A DNA stretch of 64,000 bases from Candidatus Woesearchaeota archaeon. Its GTDB lineage: Archaea > Nanobdellota > Nanobdellia > SCGC-AAA011-G17 > JACPIM01. Within the stretch, counting starts at the first letter, position 1. Each line of letters starts with the position of its first letter. Under the pieces are notes generated by a model that was not told the origin of the DNA, did not search any database, and saw only the letters and a program-made list of their open reading frames with translations. Shown one piece after another: positions 10,040 to 17,730 of the stretch. A program made the position numbers and the translations under genes. The stretch covers positions 54,477 through 118,476 of the forward strand of contig CAYWEX010000001.1 of NCBI GenBank assembly GCA_964457785.1, written 5' to 3'.

Positions 10040-10947
10040 GGCTCAATTATACTATAAAAAAACTTTATAAATCTATATGGTTGAAAGTATTTATGCTTGT
10101 TGAAACTTTATTGATTTCTCTAGGAATTTTAGGTTTATTGATTGCAACTATCACTGATTTAAGAACAAGAGAAGTTCCTGACTATCTTAATTATTTTTTA
10201 ATAGGGACGGGATTTAGTTTCAGGATTTTTCATTCAATTTTGTTCAATGAATGGACTTATTTTCTTTATGGATTACTAGGATTTTTAGCTGCTTTTTTTA
10301 TAAGTTTATTATTATATTTTACAAGACAGTGGGGGGGCGGGGATGCAAAATTATTAATGTCATTAGGAGTTATTTTTGGGACACAACCTATTTTTTTAAA
10401 AGATGAAGGAATATTTTTCTTGAATTTACTCTTGAATATTTTTATAGCTGGATCTATTTATGGATTAATTTATAGTATTTATCTTGCTTTAAAAAATAAG
10501 AAAGAATTTAAGAAAGAATTTAAGAATGTGCTAAATGGAGACAAAATAATAGTTATAAGAAATATTTCATTTATTGTCGGTATTATTTCATTTACACTTT
10601 CTTTTTTCAGCTCTGATTTGGCTACTAAAGTAATTTTGATTGGCTTTTCCGGTTTCCTTATATTTTACATATATTTCTGGATTTTTGTCAAGGCTGTTGA
10701 AAATACATGTATGTTTAAGGTTATTCCAGTTGACAAATTAACAGACGGAGACTGGGTAGTTGATGATATTTATTCAAATAAAAAATTAATCTACAGCAAA
10801 AACAAACTAGCAGTAGATAAAAATGATATTTTGAGATTTATTAAAGAGGGTGTGAAAAAAGTAAAAATAAAAAATGGGATTCCTTTTGTTCCCTCTTTTT
10901 TAATAGGAACAATTTTAACTTTGATTTTAGGAAATTTATTTATTTGA
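10030..10947 (+). CDS. A24-family prepilin/preflagellin peptidase (PibD/FlaK-like)
   Basis: Polytopic membrane protein with 'ITDLRTREVPD' (first catalytic Asp region) and the 'WGGGDAKLLMSLG' signature of type IV prepilin peptidases. The start may be an internal Met (~10093). Confidence 0.55.
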   Translation: MISWLNYTIKKLYKSIWLKVFMLVETLLISLGILGLLIATITDLRTREVPDYLNYFLIGTGFSFRIFHSILFNEWTYFLYGLLGFLAAFFISLLLYFTRQWGGGDAKLLMSLGVIFGTQPIFLKDEGIFFLNLLLNIFIAGSIYGLIYSIYLALKNKKEFKKEFKNVLNGDKIIVIRNISFIVGIISFTLSFFSSDLATKVILIGFSGFLIFYIYFWIFVKAVENTCMFKVIPVDKLTDGDWVVDDIYSNKKLIYSKNKLAVDKNDILRFIKEGVKKVKIKNGIPFVPSFLIGTILTLILGNLFI

Positions 10948-11469
10948 TTTTTCTCTTGCGACTTTAAGTACCATTGGTTGATCTAAAAGATCAATGTTGA
11001 TATGAGTCATAAATCCTGAAACTGCTTTTTTTATTCTATTTGCTGTATTTTTAGAAGCTCCTTTTGATTCAAAATCTAGTTTATTTGTTTTTTCGAGGGT
11101 TTCAAGACAATCTCTAAGTTTTTTTACAGCTTTGGCTGTGCTTCCTGAAAGATTTGATTTTAAAAGTTTAACTGCTTCATTATAATCTTTTAAAGCATCT
11201 TCTTTCAAACTGTCAAATTCTAAAAGGAGCTCTTCAAGTTCTGGGGATTGTTGAGCAGTTGTTGTAACATTTTGAAGAGCATCATCAATGTTAGCAATAA
11301 AACTATTTAGTTCTGAGTTATCTATATTTATTGTTCTAGTAATTTCTGGTCCTGATTTAAAAACATCAACTACAAAATCTTTAGCTGGATTAAGAACATA
11401 ACTTAATGCAAAACCAACAACTCCAGCAACTACATAACCCCACATACTCTTTTTTTGCGGTCTTGGCAT
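10936..11469 (-). CDS. membrane-anchored hypothetical protein (KKS + hydrophobic N-terminus)
   Basis: N-terminus 'MPRPQKKSMWGYVVAGVVGFALSYV', then a helical or coiled-coil domain. Confidence 0.4.
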   Translation of the reverse strand: MPRPQKKSMWGYVVAGVVGFALSYVLNPAKDFVVDVFKSGPEITRTINIDNSELNSFIANIDDALQNVTTTAQQSPELEELLLEFDSLKEDALKDYNEAVKLLKSNLSGSTAKAVKKLRDCLETLEKTNKLDFESKGASKNTANRIKKAVSGFMTHINIDLLDQPMVLKVAREKSNK

Positions 11470-11518
11470 AATGATTTAGAATTAAGATAGTATAAAAAGA
11501 TTTCTGTAATTTGCTTAT

Positions 11519-12172
11519 TTAAGGTATTCTTTCTTCCTTTCTAGCAACCTTAATCGGTTTTGGTTGTGGTTTTTCAAGTTCCTTTTTTTCAGCTACAATT
11601 TTTCCTTTTAATGAGGAGTGTATTTTATCAAGATCTTCTTCAGAAGCTTTTTTTCTGGGCAAATTAAATGATAGTTTATCTTTTTCAAACCTAGGCATTA
11701 CTTCCACGACTAAATGTGGAATTACCTGGCCAGCTGCTGGACCATTTGAAACAAGAATATTTGTGCCTTGTGCTTTTAAAGTTTCAAATAAAACAGAAGA
11801 AATTTTATTTGTCATATTGAACAAATGACTAACATCTTTTAACTGGGCTAAAACAGAAACATGTTTTTTAGGAAAAATTAAAGTATGTCCTATTGAAACT
11901 GGGTTTATTTCAAGAGCAGCTATTATCTCATTATCTTCGTAGATTTTTTTTGCTTTTATTTTCCCCTCTACAATCAAGCAAAAGGGACATTGAGACGGTT
12001 GAGATTGTTTTAGAGAATTTAATTGTTCTGGTGATAATTTCTTTAGAAATTCAGGAAGAACTTTTTTCTGCTCTTCTTCAGACATTTGAGATATTTTATT
12101 TAGCTCTTCAATCTGTTCTTCTGAAAAAATTGATTCATCCATTTTAACCTTTTTGCGAAAAAGCTTAACCAA
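11519..12172 (-). CDS. HIT-family (histidine triad-like) protein
   Basis: 'CPFCLIVEGKIKAKKIYEDNEIIAALEINPVSIGHTLIFPKKH' matches the HIT N-terminal core. The C-terminal triad is degenerate ('VIPHLVVEV'). Confidence 0.45.
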   Translation of the reverse strand: MVKLFRKKVKMDESIFSEEQIEELNKISQMSEEEQKKVLPEFLKKLSPEQLNSLKQSQPSQCPFCLIVEGKIKAKKIYEDNEIIAALEINPVSIGHTLIFPKKHVSVLAQLKDVSHLFNMTNKISSVLFETLKAQGTNILVSNGPAAGQVIPHLVVEVMPRFEKDKLSFNLPRKKASEEDLDKIHSSLKGKIVAEKKELEKPQPKPIKVARKEERIP

Positions 12173-12180
12173 AAAAAACT

Positions 12181-12456
12181 TTAAATCAAAGCCCTCCTAA
12201 CTTCTATTGTTTCAACACTTTCAACTTCTTCTATCTGTCTTAACATATCTTCCAAAGGATCTAAATTTGACTTAGCTTCTTCTGAGAAAAAGGAAATTTT
12301 AACTGCTTTTAATCCAAAAGCTATTGGTTCTTGTTCGATTCTTCCTATTTGGCCGCCAAAATTCTTAATTTCCTTTACTGCTTCTTCTTCTATCTTCTTT
12401 AAATCTGATTCTGGACTAGAAGGCATTAATTTTATAGTGACTATTACTTGAGCCAT
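12181..12456 (-). CDS. ef1b: Translation elongation factor aEF-1 beta
   Basis: 'MAQVIVTIKLMPSSPE...LKKIEEEAVK...' about 91 aa, typical aEF-1beta. The start is chosen at MAQ because an upstream gene's TAA overlaps this ATG by 1 nt. Confidence 0.8.
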   Translation of the reverse strand: MAQVIVTIKLMPSSPESDLKKIEEEAVKEIKNFGGQIGRIEQEPIAFGLKAVKISFFSEEAKSNLDPLEDMLRQIEEVESVETIEVRRALI

Positions 12457-12629
12457 TAATTTGGTCCTGAGAACTGGCAACTAAGACATACGTATTTTGA
12501 GCCTAATTCTCTGCATTTAAAACATCTTGTGATTTTTGATTTATTGCAGTTTGGACAATTGAATTCTACTGAGCCTTTTAGATTAGCTATATTGGTTTTA
12601 CAACTTGTACATATTTTCTTTTCTACCAT
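12456..12629 (-). CDS. small C4 zinc-ribbon protein, conserved partner gene upstream of ef1b
   Basis: Not in the ORF track. Translation by hand gives 'MVEKKICTSCKTNIANLKGSVEFNCPNCNKSKITRCFKCRELGSKYVCLSCQFSGPN' (57 aa, two CxxC pairs plus CxxC). Confidence 0.6.
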   Translation of the reverse strand: MVEKKICTSCKTNIANLKGSVEFNCPNCNKSKITRCFKCRELGSKYVCLSCQFSGPN

Positions 12630-12709
12630 TGGATTTTTGGCATCAATAAATATTTATAAAGCTTTTGTAACCCTTTTAAGAAAAGCGTTTGCGGAAAATA
12701 GATTAAAAT

Positions 12710-12824
12710 GGGCCTATAGTTTAGCCTGGATGTGAGCTTTTAAAGAAAAGCTTAAGCAAAAAGATACCAGAAAGAACATGAGATTGCGGATCTCAGAAGC
12801 GAGGTTCAAATCCTCGTAGGCCCG
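12710..12824 (+). tRNA. tRNA-Arg (anticodon GCG) with ~42-nt non-canonical intron in the D-arm
   Basis: Acceptor gggccta / taggccc plus discriminator g. D-stem gttt / gaac. Anticodon arm tgaga-ttGCGga-tctca. T-arm cgagg-ttcaaat-cctcg. An intervening 12732..12773 segment sits between the D-loop and the 3' D-stem. No CCA is encoded. Confidence 0.65.
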
Positions 12825-12826
12825 AA

Positions 12827-12997
12827 TCATTTTAAAACAGAATCAATGAATTCTTTTTGGTCAGAACTCCATTTCTTATTTGGTGTTTTTTTGATCCAAT
12901 TAGCATAAAACCTAACAAAATCCAATCTATTTTTGAAATTCTGTTCTTTTTGTTTTTTTAACTCTATTAAATCAATGTTTAATTTTGGGAATTTCAT
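12827..12997 (-). CDS. possible small ORF (56 aa)
   Basis: 'MKFPKLNIDLIELKKQKEQNFKNRLDFVRFYANWIKKTPNKKWSSDQKEFIDSVLK'. No recognisable motif. Coding status is uncertain. Confidence 0.2.
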   Translation of the reverse strand: MKFPKLNIDLIELKKQKEQNFKNRLDFVRFYANWIKKTPNKKWSSDQKEFIDSVLK

Positions 12998-13016
12998 TTT
13001 AAAAAAATAAAAAAAA

Positions 13017-15641
13017 TTAATTTACATCTACAATTCCCTTATCTATAACTTGGAATATTGCTTCAGTTTCGGCCAAATGCGGTGCATCTACCATTTTAGC
13101 TACTCTTGTTCCCTTCTTACCTTTTCTTAAGTAAACCCTGTAAGTTGAATTATGAACTATAAAGCTATTAGCTATATAATTCTCAGAACCTGGAATTGTT
13201 AAATCATAAAATAACTCTTTGTTTTCTTTTCGTGTTATTTTTCTAATTTTTTCCCAGCGAACTGGCATATTTAGTAATTTTTTTAGCCAATCAACTTCTT
13301 TTTGAACTTCTGGATTTAATTTTTTCTTTTCAAGAGCAGAGACTATCTTCTCAAAATTTTTCTTTGTAACTGTTTTATATTCTGGTGACCTATAAGTCAA
13401 AACTGAAAAAGGCTTTATATTGGCTCTTCTTAATAAATTGATTAAATAACTTCTACTAATAGGGATTGCCTCTCTATTGAATTTTTGTTTTTTACCATAT
13501 TGCAGCCACTTGTTTATTTGTTCTTTTTTATCTTTTGCAGTCATTCCTATCTTTTCTCCAAATGAATAACAGTCCCTGTTATCAAAACGAAGATTATAAA
13601 TTAGATCTCCATCTGAATTTACAGATTCTTCGAAAACAGAACGAATATTAAACCTAAGTAAAAGCATTTGGATTATATGCAGCAAACGTTCATTTTTTTG
13701 AGAAATTGTTATTCTGGGTCTATCTTTATCCACTGAGCCTTCTGCATCTGCAAATCCCTTAATAAATGATTTTACACATTCATCCCGAGATTGTGACACT
13801 AATCTTACTGCTTCTAATAAAGCGTAATTTAGTACTTTAGTTATTGCTTTGCTATTTACTTCTAATTCAAAACAGTTTTTATCTTTTAATTTGAATATCC
13901 TTCCTCCTAAATTGAAAGTTGTTTGCATTAATTTTTGGTAATATTCAAGAATGTCTCTTCTTTCATCTCTAAAGCTAATACTATAATTTTCTTGACTTAT
14001 ATTTCCATCCCCAATAAAATAACCTAGAATTCCAGACAATTCTGGGGTGAATTCTTCTGGTATTGTTGTCACATGGTGTTTATTTGTTTCGACTTGCACT
14101 GTATTAATCAGCACTTGCCCATTTCCTTGCTGATTTATATTCTCAATTATCTTTTTATTTGTCGGATAATTCTGATTAAGAATCCTTCTTAATTGTCTTG
14201 GTCTTATTCCTATCTCTTCACAAAATTCTTTTCTTGTAATTTTATTATCTGATAACCAAGATTTTAATTTCTGCGATTCTAACTTTGGAATTTCAAAAAC
14301 TTCATCAACTTCAAATTTAGGCAGTCTCTGAATTTTTCCTTTTACCTTGATTTCTTTTGTTAAAGCTAAATAGTCCCCCTCTTTCAGATCCTGAGCATAG
14401 GTTTCTTCAATTAATCCTTCTCTGTTTAATCTAAAAAATCTATGAGTTGGTGAAGAAGTTATTCGCGATCCAGCATCTATCTCATAAGCTTCATTTAAAT
14501 TTACATTTACAAAAAGAGTTTTTAGTTCTTTTGGACAAAATGCAAATCCATTTTTCATATCTAAAGAGATTACTTGATTTGTTGTCGGTTCAAATAAGTC
14601 TCCTATTGCTTGAATTGTTCCATCAGCCAACTGGATTAACGTTCCAGCAGCAAGACAGTTATGTCCAACTATATGCCCACCAATTGCAGTGGTTGGATCA
14701 CCAAAAAAAGTATCAGGTTTAGACATAACTTGATTGGTAATATAAACAACTAGATTATAAGTTGAAGCTAATTTTTGCAGAGTATGTAAATGCTTATTTA
14801 ATTTCTGCTGCCTGTCGGCAAGTTGACCCCTTCCCGAAAAGTCGGATCTAAAATGCCCCATTAAAGAATCCACAATTACTAATTTTATTGGGAGATTGTC
14901 TTTATTAATTAAATCTTCAACTTTATCTGCCAACAACATTTGATGGTCTGAATTAAAACATCTTGCAACTTTTATATTCTTTAAAATTTTATCAGGATCT
15001 AATCCATTTAATTCCGCAATTTGTTTAATTCTTTCTGGTCTAAATGTGGACTCAGTATCCAACCACACTATCATCCCTTCTGCCCCGCCTTTTTCTTTAG
15101 ATAATTGAACATTTACAGCAAGTTGATGTGCGAGAGATGATTTTCCTGAACCGAATTCGCCGTAGCATTCTGTTATAGCTCCGCTTTCCACTCCCCCACC
15201 AAATAGTGTGTTCAAAGCCTGTGAGTTTGTATTAATTTTCAAAATATTTTTTCTTTTCTCTAATAATTCATCTCCAGATACAAAACCCATGTCCATTTTT
15301 GATCTTGCTGTATTTATTATTTTACGAGCTGTTGCTTCTGTCAATCCAGCAATTTCAGTTAATTCTCCTGGAGAAGCTACTGCTATTGCAAGCATAGTAT
15401 CAAAGCCAGCTTCTCTTAATTTTTCAGCTGTTGCAGCACCTACACCTGGAAGCTCTTCAATAGAAAGTTCTTTTTTTACTGGTTTTTTCTCTTCTAGTTT
15501 TTCTTCAACTTTCAAAACAATTACTTTTTCCTCTTTTTTTTCTTCTAATTTTTGTGAAGCTAAAGGCTTCTTCTCAACTTCTTCTTCTTTCATCTCTTTT
15601 TTCTTCTCAACTAATAATGTTTTTTCAACCATGAATATCAC
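13017..15641 (-). CDS. radA: RadA recombinase interrupted by a LAGLIDADG intein, with KE-rich N-terminal extension
   Basis: HhH 'LPGVGAATAEKLREAGF', Walker A 'GEFGSGKS', '...AIGGHIVGHN' then intein 'CLAAGTL...FIVHN', followed by 'STYRVYLRKGKKGTRVAKMVDAPHL' as in contiguous RadA ('GGHxxAHAxTTRxYLRKGKG'). Confidence 0.85.
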   Translation of the reverse strand: MIFMVEKTLLVEKKKEMKEEEVEKKPLASQKLEEKKEEKVIVLKVEEKLEEKKPVKKELSIEELPGVGAATAEKLREAGFDTMLAIAVASPGELTEIAGLTEATARKIINTARSKMDMGFVSGDELLEKRKNILKINTNSQALNTLFGGGVESGAITECYGEFGSGKSSLAHQLAVNVQLSKEKGGAEGMIVWLDTESTFRPERIKQIAELNGLDPDKILKNIKVARCFNSDHQMLLADKVEDLINKDNLPIKLVIVDSLMGHFRSDFSGRGQLADRQQKLNKHLHTLQKLASTYNLVVYITNQVMSKPDTFFGDPTTAIGGHIVGHNCLAAGTLIQLADGTIQAIGDLFEPTTNQVISLDMKNGFAFCPKELKTLFVNVNLNEAYEIDAGSRITSSPTHRFFRLNREGLIEETYAQDLKEGDYLALTKEIKVKGKIQRLPKFEVDEVFEIPKLESQKLKSWLSDNKITRKEFCEEIGIRPRQLRRILNQNYPTNKKIIENINQQGNGQVLINTVQVETNKHHVTTIPEEFTPELSGILGYFIGDGNISQENYSISFRDERRDILEYYQKLMQTTFNLGGRIFKLKDKNCFELEVNSKAITKVLNYALLEAVRLVSQSRDECVKSFIKGFADAEGSVDKDRPRITISQKNERLLHIIQMLLLRFNIRSVFEESVNSDGDLIYNLRFDNRDCYSFGEKIGMTAKDKKEQINKWLQYGKKQKFNREAIPISRSYLINLLRRANIKPFSVLTYRSPEYKTVTKKNFEKIVSALEKKKLNPEVQKEVDWLKKLLNMPVRWEKIRKITRKENKELFYDLTIPGSENYIANSFIVHNSTYRVYLRKGKKGTRVAKMVDAPHLAETEAIFQVIDKGIVDVN
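13149..14657 (-). mobile_element. RadA intein (503 aa) with HTH plus LAGLIDADG homing-endonuclease domain
   Basis: It starts with Cys ('CLAAGTLIQLADGT', block A) and carries an HTH-like 'ITRKEFCEEIGIRPRQLRRILNQ', LAGLIDADG motifs 'LSGILGYFIGDGN' and 'FIKGFADAEGS', block F/G 'LFYDLTIPGSENYIANSFIVHN', then +1 Ser. Confidence 0.75.
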
Positions 15642-15753
15642 CTTCTTTATAAGAACCTAGGTTCTTATCATCTCCTAATTTTTTATCAATTTGTTTATCA
15701 TAATAAAAAAGTAAATAAAGTTTTGTATGAAATTTCTCATATATTGGAAATTT

Positions 15754-16128
15754 TTAATGAGTTTCTATTTTGTCCAAGTAAAGATCTTTTGATGCTTCAG
15801 TTAACAAAGTCAATACTCTAGGAAGATCCATTCTTCTTAAGTTTATTACTTCATTTCTCCATAGTTCTTCATCTTTCTTTTTAAAAGACCTTGACAAAGA
15901 CATTGTCTTGAACTCTACTAGATTTCCATTAACTTCACGTTCATTAGACCACAAAGCAATCTTAAAATTGCTAGATCTCCATTCTTTTATAGGTCTATTT
16001 GACCTTGGTTTAGAATTTTTTGGTTTTTCCATTTTTTTCACACTCCAATTGTTGCTCTCGCATTTTTTTTCACAACCCAAAAGAACCAATGTTCTTATCA
16101 AAGCCTTCAAAATATAATGGCTAGCCAT
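15754..16128 (-). CDS. hypothetical protein, possibly a PC4-like ssDNA-binding protein
   Basis: The C-terminal part 'NGNLVEFKTMSLSRSFKKKDEELWRNEVINLRRMDLPRVLTLL' loosely resembles PC4/YdbC-like domains. The true start may be the internal 'MEKPKNSK' (~16032). Confidence 0.3.
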   Translation of the reverse strand: MASHYILKALIRTLVLLGCEKKCESNNWSVKKMEKPKNSKPRSNRPIKEWRSSNFKIALWSNEREVNGNLVEFKTMSLSRSFKKKDEELWRNEVINLRRMDLPRVLTLLTEASKDLYLDKIETH

Positions 16129-16190
16129 CCCTTATATTAAAGAGGCTTAAAGGGTTAAATACATAAAAGACAATTTTGTTTATAAAGATT

Positions 16191-16242
16191 AGGCAGGTCC
16201 CTGAAATGTCCAGTGAATTTGTCCAGTGAAATTTATAAAGAG
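16191..16242. promoter_or_regulatory. conserved ~52-nt element, copy A: TATA-like box plus tandem TTCACTGGACA repeats
   Basis: 'aggcaggtccctgaaatgtccagtgaatttgtccagtgaaatttataaagag' is near-identical to 59725..59775. It lies in the divergent intergenic region between 16128 (-) and 16317 (+). Confidence 0.45.
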
Positions 16243-16316
16243 ATGAAGTTCTAATTTACAAGTAATAAAAAACAAACAAAATAAAAATTTATAATGTTTA
16301 ATTCTCTAGATAATTT

Positions 16317-16874
16317 ATGCAAATAGATGATAGGACTATTTTAGATAAATTCTGCACTGATTTCTGCAAAATTATTGATAAATATACAAAATATATTATT
16401 GTTTCTGGATTTGTTGCTATTGCTTCAGGCAGAGTAAGAGGTACAGAAGACATAGACATGATTATCGAAAAAATAAATAAGAAAAATTTTGTGAAATTGC
16501 ATAATGAATTAATTAACTCTGGTTTTGTATGCATGCAAAGTGATGATGTTGAAGAAATTTATGATTTATACTTAAATGATAATATTTCTATTAGATATAC
16601 TCCCAAAAACAAGCTTGTTCCACAGATGGAGATTAAATTTACAAAAGATGCCTTGGATGAATATCAGCTTAAAACAAGAATTAAACTCCCATTAACTGGA
16701 TTAGATGTGTGGTTTAGTTCAATTAACATGAATATAGCATTTAAAGAAGAATATTTAAAATCTGATAAAGATATAGAAGATGCAAGCCATTTAAGAATTA
16801 TTTATGAAGATCAAGTTGATGAAAAAGAAATTAATAAAATAAAGGAAATGATTAAAAAAATGAGGTTAAATTGA
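16317..16874 (+). CDS. minimal nucleotidyltransferase-fold protein
   Basis: 'GFVAIASGRVRGTEDIDMII' fits the hG[GS]x(n)DhD motif of polymerase-beta-type NTases. Confidence 0.4.
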   Translation: MQIDDRTILDKFCTDFCKIIDKYTKYIIVSGFVAIASGRVRGTEDIDMIIEKINKKNFVKLHNELINSGFVCMQSDDVEEIYDLYLNDNISIRYTPKNKLVPQMEIKFTKDALDEYQLKTRIKLPLTGLDVWFSSINMNIAFKEEYLKSDKDIEDASHLRIIYEDQVDEKEINKIKEMIKKMRLN

Positions 16875-17089
16875 GAGATAAAACGCACATGGAGTTTATA
16901 GAAAAATGGGCAGATTATGTTAAAAAAAATCCTGACTGGAAAAAACAACATTCTGAATTTATCAATGCCCAATTTCAACATTCTGAAGAATTTATTAAAA
17001 GACTGCTTAAAGAGAAAAATGGAAGAGAAAAAGTAATCAGGCTCTATAATATTAAAAATCTTAATGGATATAAAGAACTTCTTGGATAA
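16871..17089 (+). CDS. small helical protein, partner of the NTase
   Basis: It overlaps the NTase stop. The track uses a TTG start, and an internal ATG (MEFIEKW..) gives ~66 aa. There is no clear HEPN Rx4-6H motif. Confidence 0.3.
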   Translation: MRDKTHMEFIEKWADYVKKNPDWKKQHSEFINAQFQHSEEFIKRLLKEKNGREKVIRLYNIKNLNGYKELLG

Positions 17090-17133
17090 GAAAACCTAAA
17101 AATTTATAATAAAACGATAGTTATAGATATCTA

Positions 17134-17730
17134 ATGAAAGAGTGGTTAAGAAAATTAGAGGTATTTATTGACAAGTTTATCCCTTATTTACTTGTTTTGT
17201 TAATCTTTGTCATAGTTATAGAATTATTTTTTCATAATATTGCTGAAGAATACAGATATCACATTAATTTATTAGATGGGCTAATTGTAGTTGTATTTTT
17301 ATTGGATTTATATTTTAAATACCAAAGAACAAGGAACATTCCTCAGTTTGTCGGAAAATACTGGCTTGAAATTCTAGCTGTATTTCCTTTTTATTTATTA
17401 TTTAGATTTGTAGAAACTACTCTTGGATTTTTAGAGATAAGCGGAGCAGTAAAACAAGGACAAAATATATTACATAGCGGGATTGAAGCTGAAAAAGAAG
17501 TTACTTTAATTGGAAAAGAAGTTGGTGAAGCTGAGAAATTGGGAGTAAGGGCGAAGGCATTAACTAGAACATTCAGAACTGTAAGCAGAACACCGAGATT
17601 AGTAGCAGCTGCTCAGTTTTATGAACAACCAAAATTTTTGAAAAAAGCTTCAAAAGAAACTAAAAAAGAGTTAAGAAAATTTTCAAAAGAAACTAAAAAT
17701 AAGCTAAAAAGAATAAAAAAGAAATTATAA
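17134..17730 (+). CDS. membrane protein with lysine-rich C-terminal tail
   Basis: 3-4 TM segments, then a KE-rich tail. No selectivity-filter motif was seen. Confidence 0.4.
   Translation: MKEWLRKLEVFIDKFIPYLLVLLIFVIVIELFFHNIAEEYRYHINLLDGLIVVVFLLDLYFKYQRTRNIPQFVGKYWLEILAVFPFYLLFRFVETTLGFLEISGAVKQGQNILHSGIEAEKEVTLIGKEVGEAEKLGVRAKALTRTFRTVSRTPRLVAAAQFYEQPKFLKKASKETKKELRKFSKETKNKLKRIKKKL

Noticed and set aside
10321-10340. G7-C-G4 run (gtgggggggcgggg) as a possible phase-variation tract
   Set aside because: It simply encodes the conserved W-GGGD catalytic motif of the prepilin peptidase. The GGG codon choice is noted under the peptidase finding but not treated as a switch without evidence of length variation.
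12529-12735. 68-aa plus-strand ORF from the track
   Set aside because: It lies antisense over the 3' end of the Zn-ribbon gene and runs across the tRNA-Arg 5' half. This is a compositional artefact.
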